Positions 38,319 through 52,499 of a stretch of DNA of 64,000 nucleotides are shown here, in pieces. The notes beneath the pieces are model-generated. The model ran no database searches and was not told where the DNA came from. It saw only the letters and a program-made list of their open reading frames with translations. Positions within the stretch are counted from its first letter, which is position 1. Every line of letters begins with the position of its first letter. The position numbers and the translations under genes are program-made. The stretch comes from Camelus ferus. Taxonomy: Eukaryota. Where the stretch lies: NCBI RefSeq assembly GCF_009834535.1, contig NC_045697.1:98644001-98708000 (forward strand), in the 5' to 3' direction.

Positions 38319-39641
38319 TTAAAAATTCATCAGCATAATTAAAAGCAAATATTTTCTTACGCTGGATAAAAAAATCATTTACTACTGGTAAAGCACAAAT
38401 GTACTGAGAGTCTATCATTAAATACTTGACTCTATCAGCACTCATTTGAAATTGTCCAGTAAATAACAATACAAGAAATAAGTAACAGTTGAAACTATAA
38501 GCTGTATCACAAGACCATGCATAATTATGTTCCAGATGAATGACAGAAAATAATATCTGGGATTTCAGGGGTGAAAATAAGGTGGATTGGTAAGGAGGAT
38601 CATTAAGTCAGAAGATGGCTAAGATTTGCATAGAAGAAAAGGAGGGAATCCGGGTAGGCAAAATAAGAGCATCGCTTTTCTTCAGGAGGGGAAGGGAGGA
38701 GACAGAAGAGTAGATCAGGCTTTTCAGGCTGCTGTTTTTCTCTCATTCCATTCATAAACTTCTAGGTGCAAAGGTTTTTAAATTGATGAAAGAAAAGAAG
38801 AGAGTCCTGAGAAGATTACAATACATATGCCTCCACTGAGCCACCAGGCCATCTCCTAGGGAGACAGGATAGATGCACTGCCCCTTAACTATCCTCACAT
38901 CCAGCTCCAAGTCACAGGCTACTTGAGAAGAGCCCTGAGGGTGACAGGGCTTCCAAATCAAGCCACTCCTGCTACTCAATTGAAATGCTGACGTTCTTCC
39001 TCCAGCATTTCATTTTCATACTAGATTTCCCTCAAAATTCAATAAATCTATTAACCCACAGTTGCACCCAAGTGTGCATCTCCTGACCTAAAAAGATTAA
39101 CCTCCAACTTTACATTGTTACACTTTTATTTCTGAAGCCCAAGTATATCAGCATCAATACCTACAAACTCTCACTATTAAACCATGCATAATTTTCAACT
39201 ACAACTACATCAAGCTGTGCAGCTAGGGCATTATTATTTTGTTTATGACCTGGAGATTATCAGGCCCTATAAACTGGACAGGGTAAAAGTGAGCAGAGAA
39301 CTTATTCTGGAAGAAATTTTTGTACAAAACAGACCGTGCCTTGTACACTGTAGGGATTTGAATGCTTCTGTGTCTGCTGAATTAATGAGACTCATCAGCA
39401 TTCCTCAAGTTATCATTAAATGCTTCACCCCAGTCCCATTCCCAAGTTAAAATTAATAATTCAATTTCTGGTTTTAAGTAAAACAGAATTCAGAAAGCGA
39501 AGCCTTCTTCATCAGACAAAGTAGTTCATTAAGTCTATGAAGACATTATGATCATAATTGCAGAAGAGGAAACAGTGGCAGGATTTTTAATCCCAGTGTG
39601 ACTATAATAACTTTAATCTTCATATTACAACAATTTGCCTC

Positions 39642-39737
39642 GGGGGGAGGGTATAGCTCAGTGATGGAGCCCATGCTTATCATGCATGAGGTCCTGGGTT
39701 CCATCTCCAGTACCTCCAGTAAAAAAAAAAAAAAAAA
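39642..39737 (+). mobile_element. Vic-1-like SINE, short form
   Basis: GGGGGGAGGGTATAGCTCAGTG...GAGGTCCTGGGTTCCATCTCCAGTACCTCC plus poly(A); flanks AATTTGCCTC / ATTTTGTCTC. Confidence 0.85.
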
Positions 39738-40895
39738 TTTTGTCTCAAGTTTAATACACAATTGAAAATTTAATGAAAGGTGATTTTGATTGGTAAAAAT
39801 AGGTTGTCACAAAATTTTTTTCCAATGTTAAAGTCTTTGTATATAAGAGATACCATTGATGATAGGAATAATTTTAAAAACAATAATAATTGTATATTTA
39901 CAGTTTAATTTCCTAATATTTAGTACTATTATGTAAGTTTCAAAGTTTTCCATATAAATTAGAAGATAAAATCTAAGGTGTCAGAAATGCAAGACAATGA
40001 AAGACACACAAGGAAATAAAAGTTATCCTAAATGTGTCCCAAATTATTTGAATAAACAATTCCTGAGTAAATAAGAGTTTACTGTTACTCGATTTTTTTT
40101 TTGTCTAACTATATTTCTTGGTAGGGTTACTAGGTTTAATTTTTTTACTAGAGACTTATTTTTTGCTTTAATTATTTAAAATGAGATATATCAGACCTGA
40201 ATATGGAATAAATTTGAAAATATTAATCTAAAATGTATCCAACTTCATATTGGAAATATTCATGGAAATGATGACTTTTTGGTTATCAGAACACATCTAA
40301 AACCTTTATTAAAATCACTTAAAATCAACTTATTAAGAGAGCAGAAAACATAAGAGGATTATTGCTACTTTTTAGTGAGAACATGCAAATTCTAAAGCAA
40401 ATATAGTAAATTTTGTTCAGATATCCTTACTGACATGACTGAAATTTTGTTGACTGGAAAATTAAATTCACCTTGTACTGAATTACTGCATTGTTTTATC
40501 AGTTAAGAAATTTTGTATCAGAAAGTCTTAGTTTTGTAAACCTTTTAAAATTCTAAGCGACTCTACATGAGGATGAGAACTATTATACATACACACATCC
40601 TCTGGAACAATGGCTTTTAATACAGGTGTGCATCAGATTGCACTTAGGACCTTTTCCAAATTCAAACGCCTGCCCTCCTCCACTCCTCATAGTTTAGAAT
40701 CTCAGTGGGGTAGGGGCTGGGCACAGTCTGAAAAAGCTCCTCACATGATGCTGATACAGTCCTGATTAAGAATCACTACCACAGACAGTACTCTCACCTG
40801 TGCATGTACTAGAAATGGTTTTCCTACAAAAGCAAAAATGTCACCTGACAGAAAAAAAAAAAAATCACACCTCTAAAACAGCCTCCCCAAATTAC

Positions 40896-40982
40896 CTTTT
40901 CCTTCTCTGGGTTTCTTCTTTATACCTAACTCAGGAGACCCATTGGAAATTGGTGATTGCTGGGTCTTTGGTTTACGGCCAA
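40896..40982 (-). CDS. ELF2: ELF2 coding exon (basic region)
   Basis: (V)GRKPKTQQSPISNGSPELGIKKKPREGK; acceptor attttcag|, donor AAG|GTAATT; 87 nt. Confidence 0.95.
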
Positions 40983-43585
40983 CTGAAAATATAAGATATT
41001 GAAACCATACATTGAAAATAGGAAAAATAAAAGAAGCATGATAGCAGGCTTTGATAGCATATTACTCATGAAACTAGACATTAATTTATAGATTAATATA
41101 CTCAGTATATACAAAAGTTGCTTTTAAAAGGAGCATTAAAAGCACTTCAGCAATTTTAGATTACATGAGTTAGTTGGTAGTAATCTCGATACGGCAAGTC
41201 AGGTATTACTGACCTGTATTTAGGTGGTGAGAGCCTCAATTTGCTAACCTCTTTCCCAATAATGTAGCAATGAAAACAAATTGTAGTACAAGGTTTTTTG
41301 TTTTCTGTTCTAAAGAATTGTTAGAAAAAGCTTTACCTACCTATTGAAGAGGATCTGATAATCTGCGAAGCCCTTTGAGCTCAAATAAGGAAAAGTAAAA
41401 AATATTATTTTAAATACTCTACTGCTCTGAGCCAATCAATTCACCAGATTTAAGCATAAATTTCCTCACCTCAATGTGCAGGTACATTATAAGAGTAAAC
41501 AATTCTTCCAGGTAATTACTTCATACATCTAATAAATGTGCCCTTCCGTTTGTTTCTCCTCACCTCTGCCATAAGGCTCTCAGACAGACTAGCATCCACA
41601 ATGAACAAAAAAAGCAAGAGCTATGCTTCTCTGTAGTAAAGAAGGCATAAATCCGAAATACACTGTATTCAATCCTTAGCACTGATGGATGAATGCTAGC
41701 AGGTGAGGGGAAGCCTCAAAAAAAAAAAGAGACTGGGAATATTCAAGTATTTCATATTTTCAGATTAAATATATTATTACTGATTTGGTGATTGTCATAC
41801 AGCTGGGATTTCTGATGTCTTTACTCTTCATTAGCAATGATTATCTTAAGCTAAATTAAAGTGCCTTAATTTATATTTCAAAAAGCACAGATAGCTATTA
41901 TATTCTAGGATTTCACTATGGTTAATTCTAATCAATAAGAAGTATGCTTTGGCAAAAACTAAAATAGAAAGTTCACTGGTCTCCTTATTGACATAGAGCT
42001 AATTTATCAATTTAAATAGTATTTATATGTATGAATCAGTCAGTAGGAAGACTAATATCTTTACTGTCTCCTAAATTCAAGCACAAAAGCCCAACTTCCT
42101 TAATGGGAAGGTTAGCCCCAAAAGGCTAATTTTCTTATAAAGCAGCATTTCCCAAATCATATTCCTTGAGAAATAGGTTATTCATCAGTAGGAAAAAGGG
42201 CTCTATAGTCAAATTAACTTTTAGTACACAGCATGCTATCTTCTCTTGGAGATTCACAAAGCACATTAGTATATTAAAAGCTGTAGAAATTTTTTAAAAG
42301 GTTCTACAATTAAAAAATAACCTACCTAACTTTCTATGTCCCAAATGTACTTAACCACAAATAAATAATTAATAGTGTTATATGTAATTTTTCAATGGTC
42401 ATTCATTCAGACTATCTATTTTCAAACATATAAGATTAGTATTAATTGGCAAATCATTTCCAGGTTTATATCATATCACCACACAGGCAGATCAACTTGG
42501 TTATCTAGAGGTCTTGGTTCCCTAAATGATCTCAGCTGTTCACAGGCTTTTCCCTCATCATTTAAATCTAAAAATTTCTTATTTTGAATAGTTCCTATAA
42601 GATACAACCAGCCAAAGGCTACAGTGGGCAGTGTATGCCTTTTATTTTTAAATTTTTACAGCAAGAAGTAATGCTTCCTTCTAAATTCTCTCATTGATGC
42701 CTTTCTCAAATACATATAATCTATACTACAAGAGGGAAGGCACTCTTATTCTTCATTGTATCCCTCACAGCAATGAGCACAGACCAATCTGAAACACTGC
42801 TAATAAATGAAAGAAAATACCATTGTTTCCAAACACAAGTTTTCCCTTATTTTTGCCTTTAATTTTTTCCCCCCATTCTAAAATGTGAAGAAACAGATAG
42901 GGAAGGAAATGGAATTAGATGAGTGTCCATCTATACAGGATTTAATTTCTTTCAAGTTTTACCTTTGATTCAAACAGGAAAAGGACCCACATTGCCTATC
43001 TTCTCAGGATGCTGAAGATGGGCTGGAGCCTTGGGCCTCACCCATTAGGATCAAGTGAGCAGAAGTTTCAGCAGAAGTGAAATAGTAAGTGGAAATACTC
43101 TTTACCCAATGGTGAATTCATTCCACTTAGAAGTCCTCATCTGCAATCTTGGTGTTTTAAGGCAGAAGTTACGGGGAACAAAATTGGGCCTCTTATTTTA
43201 ATGCCCACAATGTGTAGGAAGATAAGTTATGAAAAATAGAGAAAATAAAGAATAATATTTTTAAGTAACCAAGTACTTAAAAGGATCAGAAAGTAGAAAA
43301 AGGTGCAGTGAATCTCTGATTTTCCTTTTGTGTTTCGAAAACCTGCTATAATCTCATTTCAGGCAACTACTTTTAGGGCTCAAATACTAACTCCTTTAAA
43401 CAGTATGACACATTAAAAGGCTAAAAGACAAAACTAAAATCTCAGTTTGTTCATTTTTTTAGAATATCTAGTTAAGATAAAATCAATCATAAATCTACAG
43501 CATGTATTTCCTATGTTCCATGATGAGGAAAAAGATACCAGGAAAAATTTCACCTAATTTTCCAAAAATTTAAAATACACTCTAC

Positions 43586-43759
43586 CTTTTTTCTTTTTCA
43601 TTGGTTCATGGCTATCTGGTGATGTAGGAATAGGAGAGGTATCCATTGGTTCAGATTCTTCAGTTGACACCTCCACTACAGTTTCTGTAATGACATCTGG
43701 CCTCATAGCAGCATGGATAAATTCTGGAGTTGATACACAAGGAGGGACAAACACTTCCA
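43586..43759 (-). CDS. ELF2: ELF2 coding exon with alternative acceptor at 43723
   Basis: (V)EVFVPPCVSTPEFIHAAMRPDVITETVVEVSTEESEPMDTSPIPTSPDSHEPMKKKK; acceptor tttttatag|, donor AAG|GTAGAG; 174 nt. An internal ccag| acceptor removes 36 nt. Confidence 0.95.
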
Positions 43760-45160
43760 CTATAAAAAAAAGTTGAAAAATTAAAACTTCCCACCCCCAT
43801 CAATGCTTCTTAATATGGACAATTCAATATTTAATAGAGGTAAGGTTATTAAGCAGTCATCAAAGCAAGATAAGAACTTGAATTTCATTTGCTGAATATA
43901 CATTATGATCTAAAGTATGTAAGGAAATAAATGCAAAGAAAGTCAATCTGAAGCAAATGTTAATCCTATGGGTAAGGGGGGAGGAACGTGAGTAGTCAAC
44001 CCCCGTGCTTCACACTTTTACATGCTTTCAAACTGTAGATTTTGAATTATTTGACAATTGAGAAAACATTTGAAAATAAAGTAATAGTATAATAGTGAGT
44101 TAATTATTTTCCTTCCATGTACTCATCATTATTCTCTAAGCAGGTAAAACATGCACCTGGTATAACACTGAAATAATTAACATGTTTTCAGTGAAAAGTA
44201 AGAACTTAGTTCATTTTAAAATATAAAGAAAAAGAAAACTTGCTCATTACAGCCCAATGAATACCATCTTTCAAAATGTTAAATTCTATTTAATGGAACA
44301 GTCCTGATATTTTGGGTCACTAAAACAGTACATACAGATGGCTATTTAGTATTCTTCTTGTATGCAGTAACACTGCTCTTGCTCTGGCTTTCTTCTCATG
44401 TGCATGATAAATCAGGATATGACATTTCTTTTTCAATCAAGAGAAAATTAATACATACTATCATACATTAATACATTGACCAATATGCCCTAATTTTCTT
44501 CTCATATCCCTGAATAAATACATGGAATTCCTACTCTAAAAAGTATGGCTGATCTTAGTATTTACCGTAAATCCCTAAAATAAGGGTCAATCTTACTGTA
44601 ACATTTGGACATTAAAATTAGGACAAATTAAAATTAGGACAAAATGACTCTCAAAGGCAGTCTTGAAAAGGGGGGACCAAAAGAATTTTAAAAAGGGAAA
44701 TGTGCAGCCTGAAGGAGTGTGAGGAAACAGTGGAAGCCACCTCCTCTCTCTAGCACAGAGGTTCCCTGGAGATAATGCCCATTTTATCCCTGAAAAAAGG
44801 CCTGAAAGTGGTCATAGGTGGCAACTGCCTCCATCTGCCATTCACTTAAGGACTACAAACATTTACAATTTCCCTCTGGGTAAGGAAATAAGACATGATA
44901 GTAAAAATAGGAATTTAATAAACATTTGTCTATCTATAGTGGGCATTTTCTGTATCGTTTATTTTGAAAATTGAGTAATTAAACTATTTAAGATTTGGGA
45001 ACTTGGACAAATAAAGATCAATTATTCCTGTCATAGGTATTTATGTATAATAGACTTTGAGAACACCAACAATCCCCTGGGTTTTTTTTTTTTAAGACTT
45101 TCATTCGAGATACCTGAAGTGATGTGATGTGTTTATTATAAAAAAGAACAGTTCACATAC

Positions 45161-45274
45161 CAGGACTTCTTGAATCTCTCAAGCAGGTAGGAGATTCCAT
45201 ATGAAGCAGGGCTTCAGCAGCTTCAATTGTCTTATCTGTACAGTGTGCATTACTGCTATGAACTGATGCTTCCA
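45161..45274 (-). CDS. ELF2: ELF2 coding exon
   Basis: (V)EASVHSSNAHCTDKTIEAAEALLHMESPTCLRDSRSP; acceptor cccttgcag|, donor CTG|GTATGT; 114 nt. Confidence 0.95.
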
Positions 45275-48200
45275 CTGCAAGGGAATTTAGTTCTATTCAA
45301 TAAAAATGCACTGAACACATTACTAAATTAAAACACATTATGGTGTAAGAGATAAATATAAATTAACTCTCACATGAATAACTCTAATATAAAGTCATTG
45401 ATATGTATTAGTCTATATAACTTATTTACGGAAATAATTTTAAAACCAAAACAATTTAGTATCTATATGAATGCTGAATATAAACCAACTATTGAGATTG
45501 ATTAGAAATTTCTTTATCCAAAGGAAAACAAAGACAAACCCTTGAAATTTGAACCCTGTATCAATTTTAGGCCAAAACTAACTTGGGGGAGGCAGCAGGG
45601 CAGGGAGGGATGGTTGTAGATTAACAATCCTATCTGGTCAATTACAATTCTGATATACTGCTACTAAAATCAGGGGTTTAATACCTAGCAGAATCAGTCA
45701 GAAACACATATTACTAAATTCATTTAACGAATTAGTTCAATTCTTAGACTGTCCTGGGTGAGTGCATCTTTAGTACCAGAGAAACTTAGGAATTTTCTTC
45801 ACAATAGCCTGCTTTCTTCAGGATCTCACTAGATTTTACCTAGGTTTTATCCTAGGAAATTTAAAAAGTGGGGGGAAGAAAAACAGAGTGCGCGTTTCTA
45901 CAGTTCCCACCTCCCCCCACCATGAAATCTTTGCTAATTCTACTACCTTCTGCAACTCTCTTCTAGCACTCTGTTGATTAAATTATTTGTGAAACAGTAA
46001 AGTATGCAGCAGTGGTCTGGGTGTCCAGGCCTAATCAATAGCTTGGGCTCCAGTCCCTGCCCCTGCCACTTATAAGTTCTGTTACCCTAAGCCAGCAAAT
46101 TAATTTCTTGTAAGGCTTAGTTTCCTTTTTCACCAAACAGGAGTATTACTTACCTTATACAGTTGTGAGAATTAAGTGCAGTGATTCCCTTAAAAACCTT
46201 AAACAATGCCTGATATATAGATAAGAATTTCAATAAATGGTGATAATTTCTTATCACTCCTATAAAATTATAAGCTCCTTGAGATGAGGGAGGGTTATCT
46301 TAATTCATTGATACATGTTACAATTCCTAACATAGACTTTTCATATAGTAGGCATCCAAGTATTTCTTTTATGCACTGAAGTAAAGGACAATCCACTGAC
46401 TTTATAGAAAAAGTGGCAATTCAAGCACCCTAATGATATACTAATGATACACTAATTTCATATCCTGACTTACAATACCGAATATTCTACTTGGTAAGAG
46501 ATTCTGAAACATGAATATGTAACAGTTTCTAACATGATAGATTTTTCTCAAGATGTCCTCTAATGGAACTAAAAGGAAGTATTTGTACAAATTTCATAAA
46601 ACCACATTACAAATCCACAAGTTCCACACTTTAAAGATAGGTATCTTTTAAAACTGTTTCTAGTAACCATTTAATTGAAAAAAAATTTTTTTACTCAGTC
46701 TCAAAATTCACCAACTGCTAAAGCCTCAGCTTTAAACACACCAGTCATTTGGAGAGCATTTATAAAAAAATCCAGTGACTGTTTTACCACCTGTTGCACA
46801 TCATCCACACTCTCAACCAAGGTACCAAGTCTCTCCAGTTGCTCTTTCCATTTATGGAAATCTGCTCAAAGCTAAACAGTTCCAGAGAGGCAGCCAAACC
46901 TCTAAGTAAATCTATCTTTAGGTGACCCTGCTTACTCTTATCTGCAGCTTCACTAAAGCAAAGGATTCAATCAGTCCTTCGAACTCAACTTTAAGAAATT
47001 TACTCTTAGTAAGTATAAAATATATTACCATTCTCAAGTATTTTTTTCCAAAGTACCTCCCTACAATACCCATATGCACTAAAGAACCTTGGGAAGCAGA
47101 TTCTCAGGTTTTTAGGAACTTCATTCTCTTTGAAGTCTGCCTGTATTGCAATTTAGCTGTTGTCTTAGGTGCTATTAATAAACCATCCGGGGTAAAGTAA
47201 TTCATTATGTAATTTTATTAAGACACATCCTAAAAATTCTACCATATTAAAATCAGTGATTTGGGTATTTGATAATAATACAGCAATAAGATTTTACTAC
47301 TTTTTTTAATGTTTCAAGTCATAAAACAAAATTTGCCAGAGTTACATATTATACTGCCGTTAGTTCTTATGTAGTTTGAGGTACATTTTCAAAACCACGA
47401 TTTCATGTTGGTCATGTCAGTGAAAATTTTCTTGCTTATATTTCTGACATCAGCCTCCCCTTTTCCCTTAAATTCAAAATATTTTCCTAAAATATTTCAC
47501 ATTTACAGAGTAAAACAAAATACATACAAATTTAAGAAGAATATTTAATTACTTATACTTTAAATTTAGAGAGTATCAAAAATGCATAAATTCTCTATGC
47601 ATTATCAATCCAATAATACTCTATGTACAATCAACAAATGCTTGTTGAGGACTTACCATATGCCAGACGCTGTACTATAAACTTGAGATACAAATTTGAA
47701 TAGATCTCTGGCCTTGTGAAGTTTACACTAATAGTACAGAGTATCAAAACATAAATGGAAATAAAATATTTCAAAACCAAATAAAGATGGCAAAATAATT
47801 TAAAGTTACTCTAAATTAAGAGCTTGTTAAGGAGAGCATTTGTTTCCTTCTTTTTTTCTTTGATGCTTAATAACTTTACTTTTTGTCAATTTTATTTACT
47901 AACTAAAATAACTCCAAGCATATTTTTTCAAAAAATGAATACCTGAGAGCTCACACTTAGATCAATTTATAATAATGTACTTACGACAGTTCCCAAGAAT
48001 ACTTCACCCGTTTTCTTAAAAGTGAGCACTATCTCCTGTTACTTTTGTTAACATAAGCCATCAAGCAGTTTTTGTTAAAAGGAATTTAAGAAATATTTCT
48101 CCCTTCCGAGTTTACGTGATTTTTAAAAACTTTTCAAACTATTTTGTTCAGATCAATAATTCAAATACAATTAATACCAAATTTTGCACAACTAAAGAAT

Positions 48201-49011
48201 AAGAATTTAACAGTGTTGTGCAATCAAAGCAAGCAAGGGCTGAAAATTCCTTAACTCTACTTAAAACTTGATTTACTGGTGTCTTTCTATGCCTGCGTAG
48301 GAAACTTATTGGAGGGGGATTAAAAAGCAACTCGTTTAAAATTAGAAACAATGAAGTTGAAAGTAATCTGACAGGTATCATCTTCTAGAGCAGTTGGCTG
48401 GTCAGTACGCCTTGAAGAAATAAATTTCTAAACTATTTTGATTTTAATCAGTGTCAGAAAACTAAATTTGCCTATGCCTTCCTTTACTTTTATAAGAGTC
48501 TTCTTGTTCCATTTCCAGCTTTCTAATCAACTGATGTTTGTATAGTAGACTATTCCAGACTCACTCAACAGCTGTTACTAAATACCAAACTTGGTAATTA
48601 AGTCTGTCAAGAGACATACCTCTCAGCTTTGCAGAAGAGAATGCTGGCAATGGATCTAGTTCATAACAATGTTCTTAAAAGTCAAAAATAAAAATTAATA
48701 GCAATTTAATTTGAGAGCAATGGAAAAAAATCAGAAAACACTTCATTAGGTGATAGTGGTAGTCCCCTGCAAGCAAGACCATAAACTAATATTACAAGGG
48801 CATCACTCAGCTACCGCACCTGACTCACCACAGCTTATCCTCTAATGCCCCAAGGCTGTAACAGTAATAGGTGAGTGAAGAACACAAATGAACACAATGA
48901 AAAGGGGGAAAGGTCTAGGACACTCCATCTTTACTTGTTCCCCTTTGACTTTCTAATCAATAAAGCTGCTTTATAGGGTTTAAAAAGGGAAAGAGTATAA
49001 AATTATTTTAA

Positions 49012-49745
49012 GTAGAGCTGTCAAATAAAAATACATCAAGAGCCATATATAGTTTTTTAATTTCCAGTAGTCACATTAGGAAAAGTAAGCAGAAGATGAA
49101 GTTAGTACCTTTCACTTAACCCAGTATATCCCAAACACTGTCATTTCAACATGTAAACAACATTAAGTTTTTCACTGCTTCAGTTTTTACATTTAAATTA
49201 ATTAAATGTTTTAAAAATTAAAAATTCAGTTTATCAGCTACATTTCAAGTACTTAACTGTCACATGTGGCTAGTGACTATGGTTCTGAAAAGTATAGATT
49301 AATTTAAACTAATTCAGCTATTCTCAAACTTTTTTGGTGAAAGACCCTTTTACACTCAAATTATTGAAGATCACAAAGAGATTTTGCTTATTTAAGTCCT
49401 ATGTTAAGATATTTATCCTATTTGCAATTAAAACTAAGAAAACTAATATTTTTAAGAAAAATAACTTTTCTAAAACGAAGAAAAATTTAAACAGTAGTTT
49501 TACATTTTTTTGCAAACACATGGTAAAAAACAGTTAGGTTCTCATACTTGCTTCTTCATTCAATCTGTTACATATCAATTCATGCAGTCACTAGAAACCT
49601 CCTCTGAACACTTGAGAAAATGAAAAGGCAAATAATGTCTTAGTGTTGCTATGAAAAAAATTTTGATTTCCCAGATCCCCTGAAAGGGTCTTGGGCACTC
49701 CCAGAATCCTCCATATCAGAGATTTTAGTTTTTAAGAACTGCAGC
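49012..49745. mobile_element. Adjacent hAT elements (MER33/MER3-like 49012-49290; Charlie1-derived 49315-49745)
   Basis: GCTACATTTCAAGTACTTAA..CACATGTGGCTAGTG motif; TTCTCAAACTTTTTGGT...CCCCTGAAAGGGTCTTGGG. Confidence 0.6.
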
Positions 49746-52499
49746 TGTAATTTACTATCAAGTGTAAATAATAAACCCAAATTCTATCCTCATTTTTCTC
49801 TAAGTTTCAGCTTCTAAACATAAACATCAGTGTGTAGATGAAAAATTATGATCCATTTTGGTATGTACAACAGTATTTTGCCCACTTACTTACAAAGATT
49901 TTTTAAGCTTTTCATAAATATTTCTTTGCATCCCTTTGAACATTTATGCTATAACACAAAAAGTTTAAATAATTATTAAGAACAGTCTCCTGCCTGCCCC
50001 TAACTAAATTTGTCTCTAAAGGAAACTGATGTTTAATTATCCTGAATGACTAATTACATACTGATGTTACTCTTTAAATCAATTTTCACATGAATTTTAG
50101 TACTAATGCTGCAATAAATTTTGAAGAGCAATTTCTTAAACACATTTTAAAATAGTTTTTTTAAAAAATTACTGCTGTTCTTCCAGTTTTATTTCAACAC
50201 ATGCTTCACCTTTTCACATCCTGCTAATTTTTTTCAAATTGATGATCTTTTCAAGATTGATACTAGATATTCCAACTTACAGTAAATTAGAAAAAAGATT
50301 TTCAAGTTCAAATTTCATGAACTTTGCAAACTAGACAGATTTGTTCTGTCCGTGAAAATACTTCTGCGAAATATCCAGAAAAATTTTCCCCTTGCATTCA
50401 ATAATTGCATTAAAACAGAACAAAATTTCTAATTACCCTATTTTTACATTCTCCACTTTTTCAATAAAAAAAAAGGAAAAAAAGTCAAGGCAAGTATACT
50501 TAAGACAGAATATTTTAAACTGAAAATCTTAAAAAAAAAAAACAAAACCCAGATCATATTACACAACATTTCTGCATAACTATTAACTAACATTCATTTT
50601 TCCTATAGATATTCATTTTCCTATAATAAGCTATATATATTAGAAATGAGCCTAAATTATTAAATTATATCATAATCTTATCCAATATATAAATATGGCC
50701 TCAAGTTCCAATTTAACACAAAGATTGGCTAAAAGAAATTAACCTCCCCTTTACATAATGACCTTAAGACATATTCACTCACATGGTGTAAAGAAATCCA
50801 AGAAAAAAAAGAACCTTCTCTTCATTAAATTTAGTATTTCTGAGCCACCTATAATCTTAGAGCTTTAAAAGTTATTAGGTATGACTGAAGTATTGTGCTG
50901 TACACCAGAAACTGACACAACATTGTAAACTGACTATACTTCAATAAAAATGTATTTTTAAAAAATGTAACTTAAAGAAAACAATGCAGCATGCATGCAT
51001 GCATACATACATAAGAGTTATTAGAGACCACCCAGTCAATCCTGTCCTTTTACAGAAAATGAAGCCTTAAAGAGCTAGTTTAGTGACACATAAAGATCCT
51101 TATCTCCTGACTTCAGGGTCAAGGCTTTCTCATACATCATACTGCCAGCGAAAGTTTTAAAAAGTATGTCAAGTTTTTATCACAAACAAAAAGTTTGTAT
51201 GTTAAAATGAAAGTGATTTTTAATAAACACTCATTTTAATCTTTACTCCAACTTCTGACAGCATTAATGTTGATAACTAAAGCTGAAGTTGATAAGTCTC
51301 TAGAGGAGGAAAATAAAAGCAAAAATACATCCTCTAGCATCTTAACACATAACAGTAATGATAACACTAAGTGCTTTATACTTACTTAGAAACAAGTTAT
51401 GCTAACAATATTCAACTTAAAGTTCATCTCCTCTAGTTCTCCTTAGTATCAGTCATTCTACACTAATTATCAACCCATTATAGCAATCACTGTAGTTATA
51501 TTAACATTTATGTCCATTTTACAAATACAAATCTTACAAACATTACTCTCCCAACATCACTGGAAACTGGCAGCAATAAAAATTTAGACCTATGATTCTT
51601 CATTTTCTGGACCATCTTTCCTCCTCAACTTTTAACTCACTGAGTAAACCTTGGGTAAATTAGCAAACCTGTCTCAAATTTCCTTCTAAAATAGGGCTTG
51701 TAAAGAAGCTTCAGATTACATGAACAAGATTAAAGAAATAATTTACTGTAGCCTGTCTATATGCATCCACTCCAAGCAAAGAATCTACAGGTCACATTCA
51801 GTTTGGATAATTCCAAAAATACCTTCTATTGGCAAAACTAAGCCCTCTTACATCTACAGTATTTTGCAAAATTCTAACTGCATAGACTATTCTAAGGTTC
51901 TGACAACCACTGGGAACATTTCTGGAAATATATATGCTCAACACTACCGACCCAAACAATTAGAAGTATTGTTAGTACCAGTAATATAAAGCCAAAAATT
52001 CCATCCCTTAATTCATGTTATATTAATGGGCTGAACATACACAAAGGGACTAAGTTCTCATTGTACTCTGCCTCTTTTTCACTAAAATTTAAGTTCTTGC
52101 TCTGACCAGAAAGTAACTGTCAAATGTATTTTAACCACTACTTAATAAACTGTGACTTTTCTTTGGAACCTTTGAAACGTAATATTATATTTTACAGAGT
52201 AAAAGGTCGTTACTCATTATGTGCTATACGATATATATGGTTGTATTTATTCAGACTTTAAAGTTATGTTAAAAATACCTGTGTTCATGATTTCTCCCAA
52301 TCGAATTAAATCACAGGGTTTCACCAACCAAACCACTAACTTCCCTACCTAAAAACAATGGATGGGAAACAGAGAGTAAGATAGATCTTTCACATTACTC
52401 TTCGGTGAATATTTCCCATTTTCCAATTCCCAACGATGGCGACTGTGACATAGAACCCAGGGAAAGAAACGTTTACGCTTACTGCAGTAAGCAAACAGT

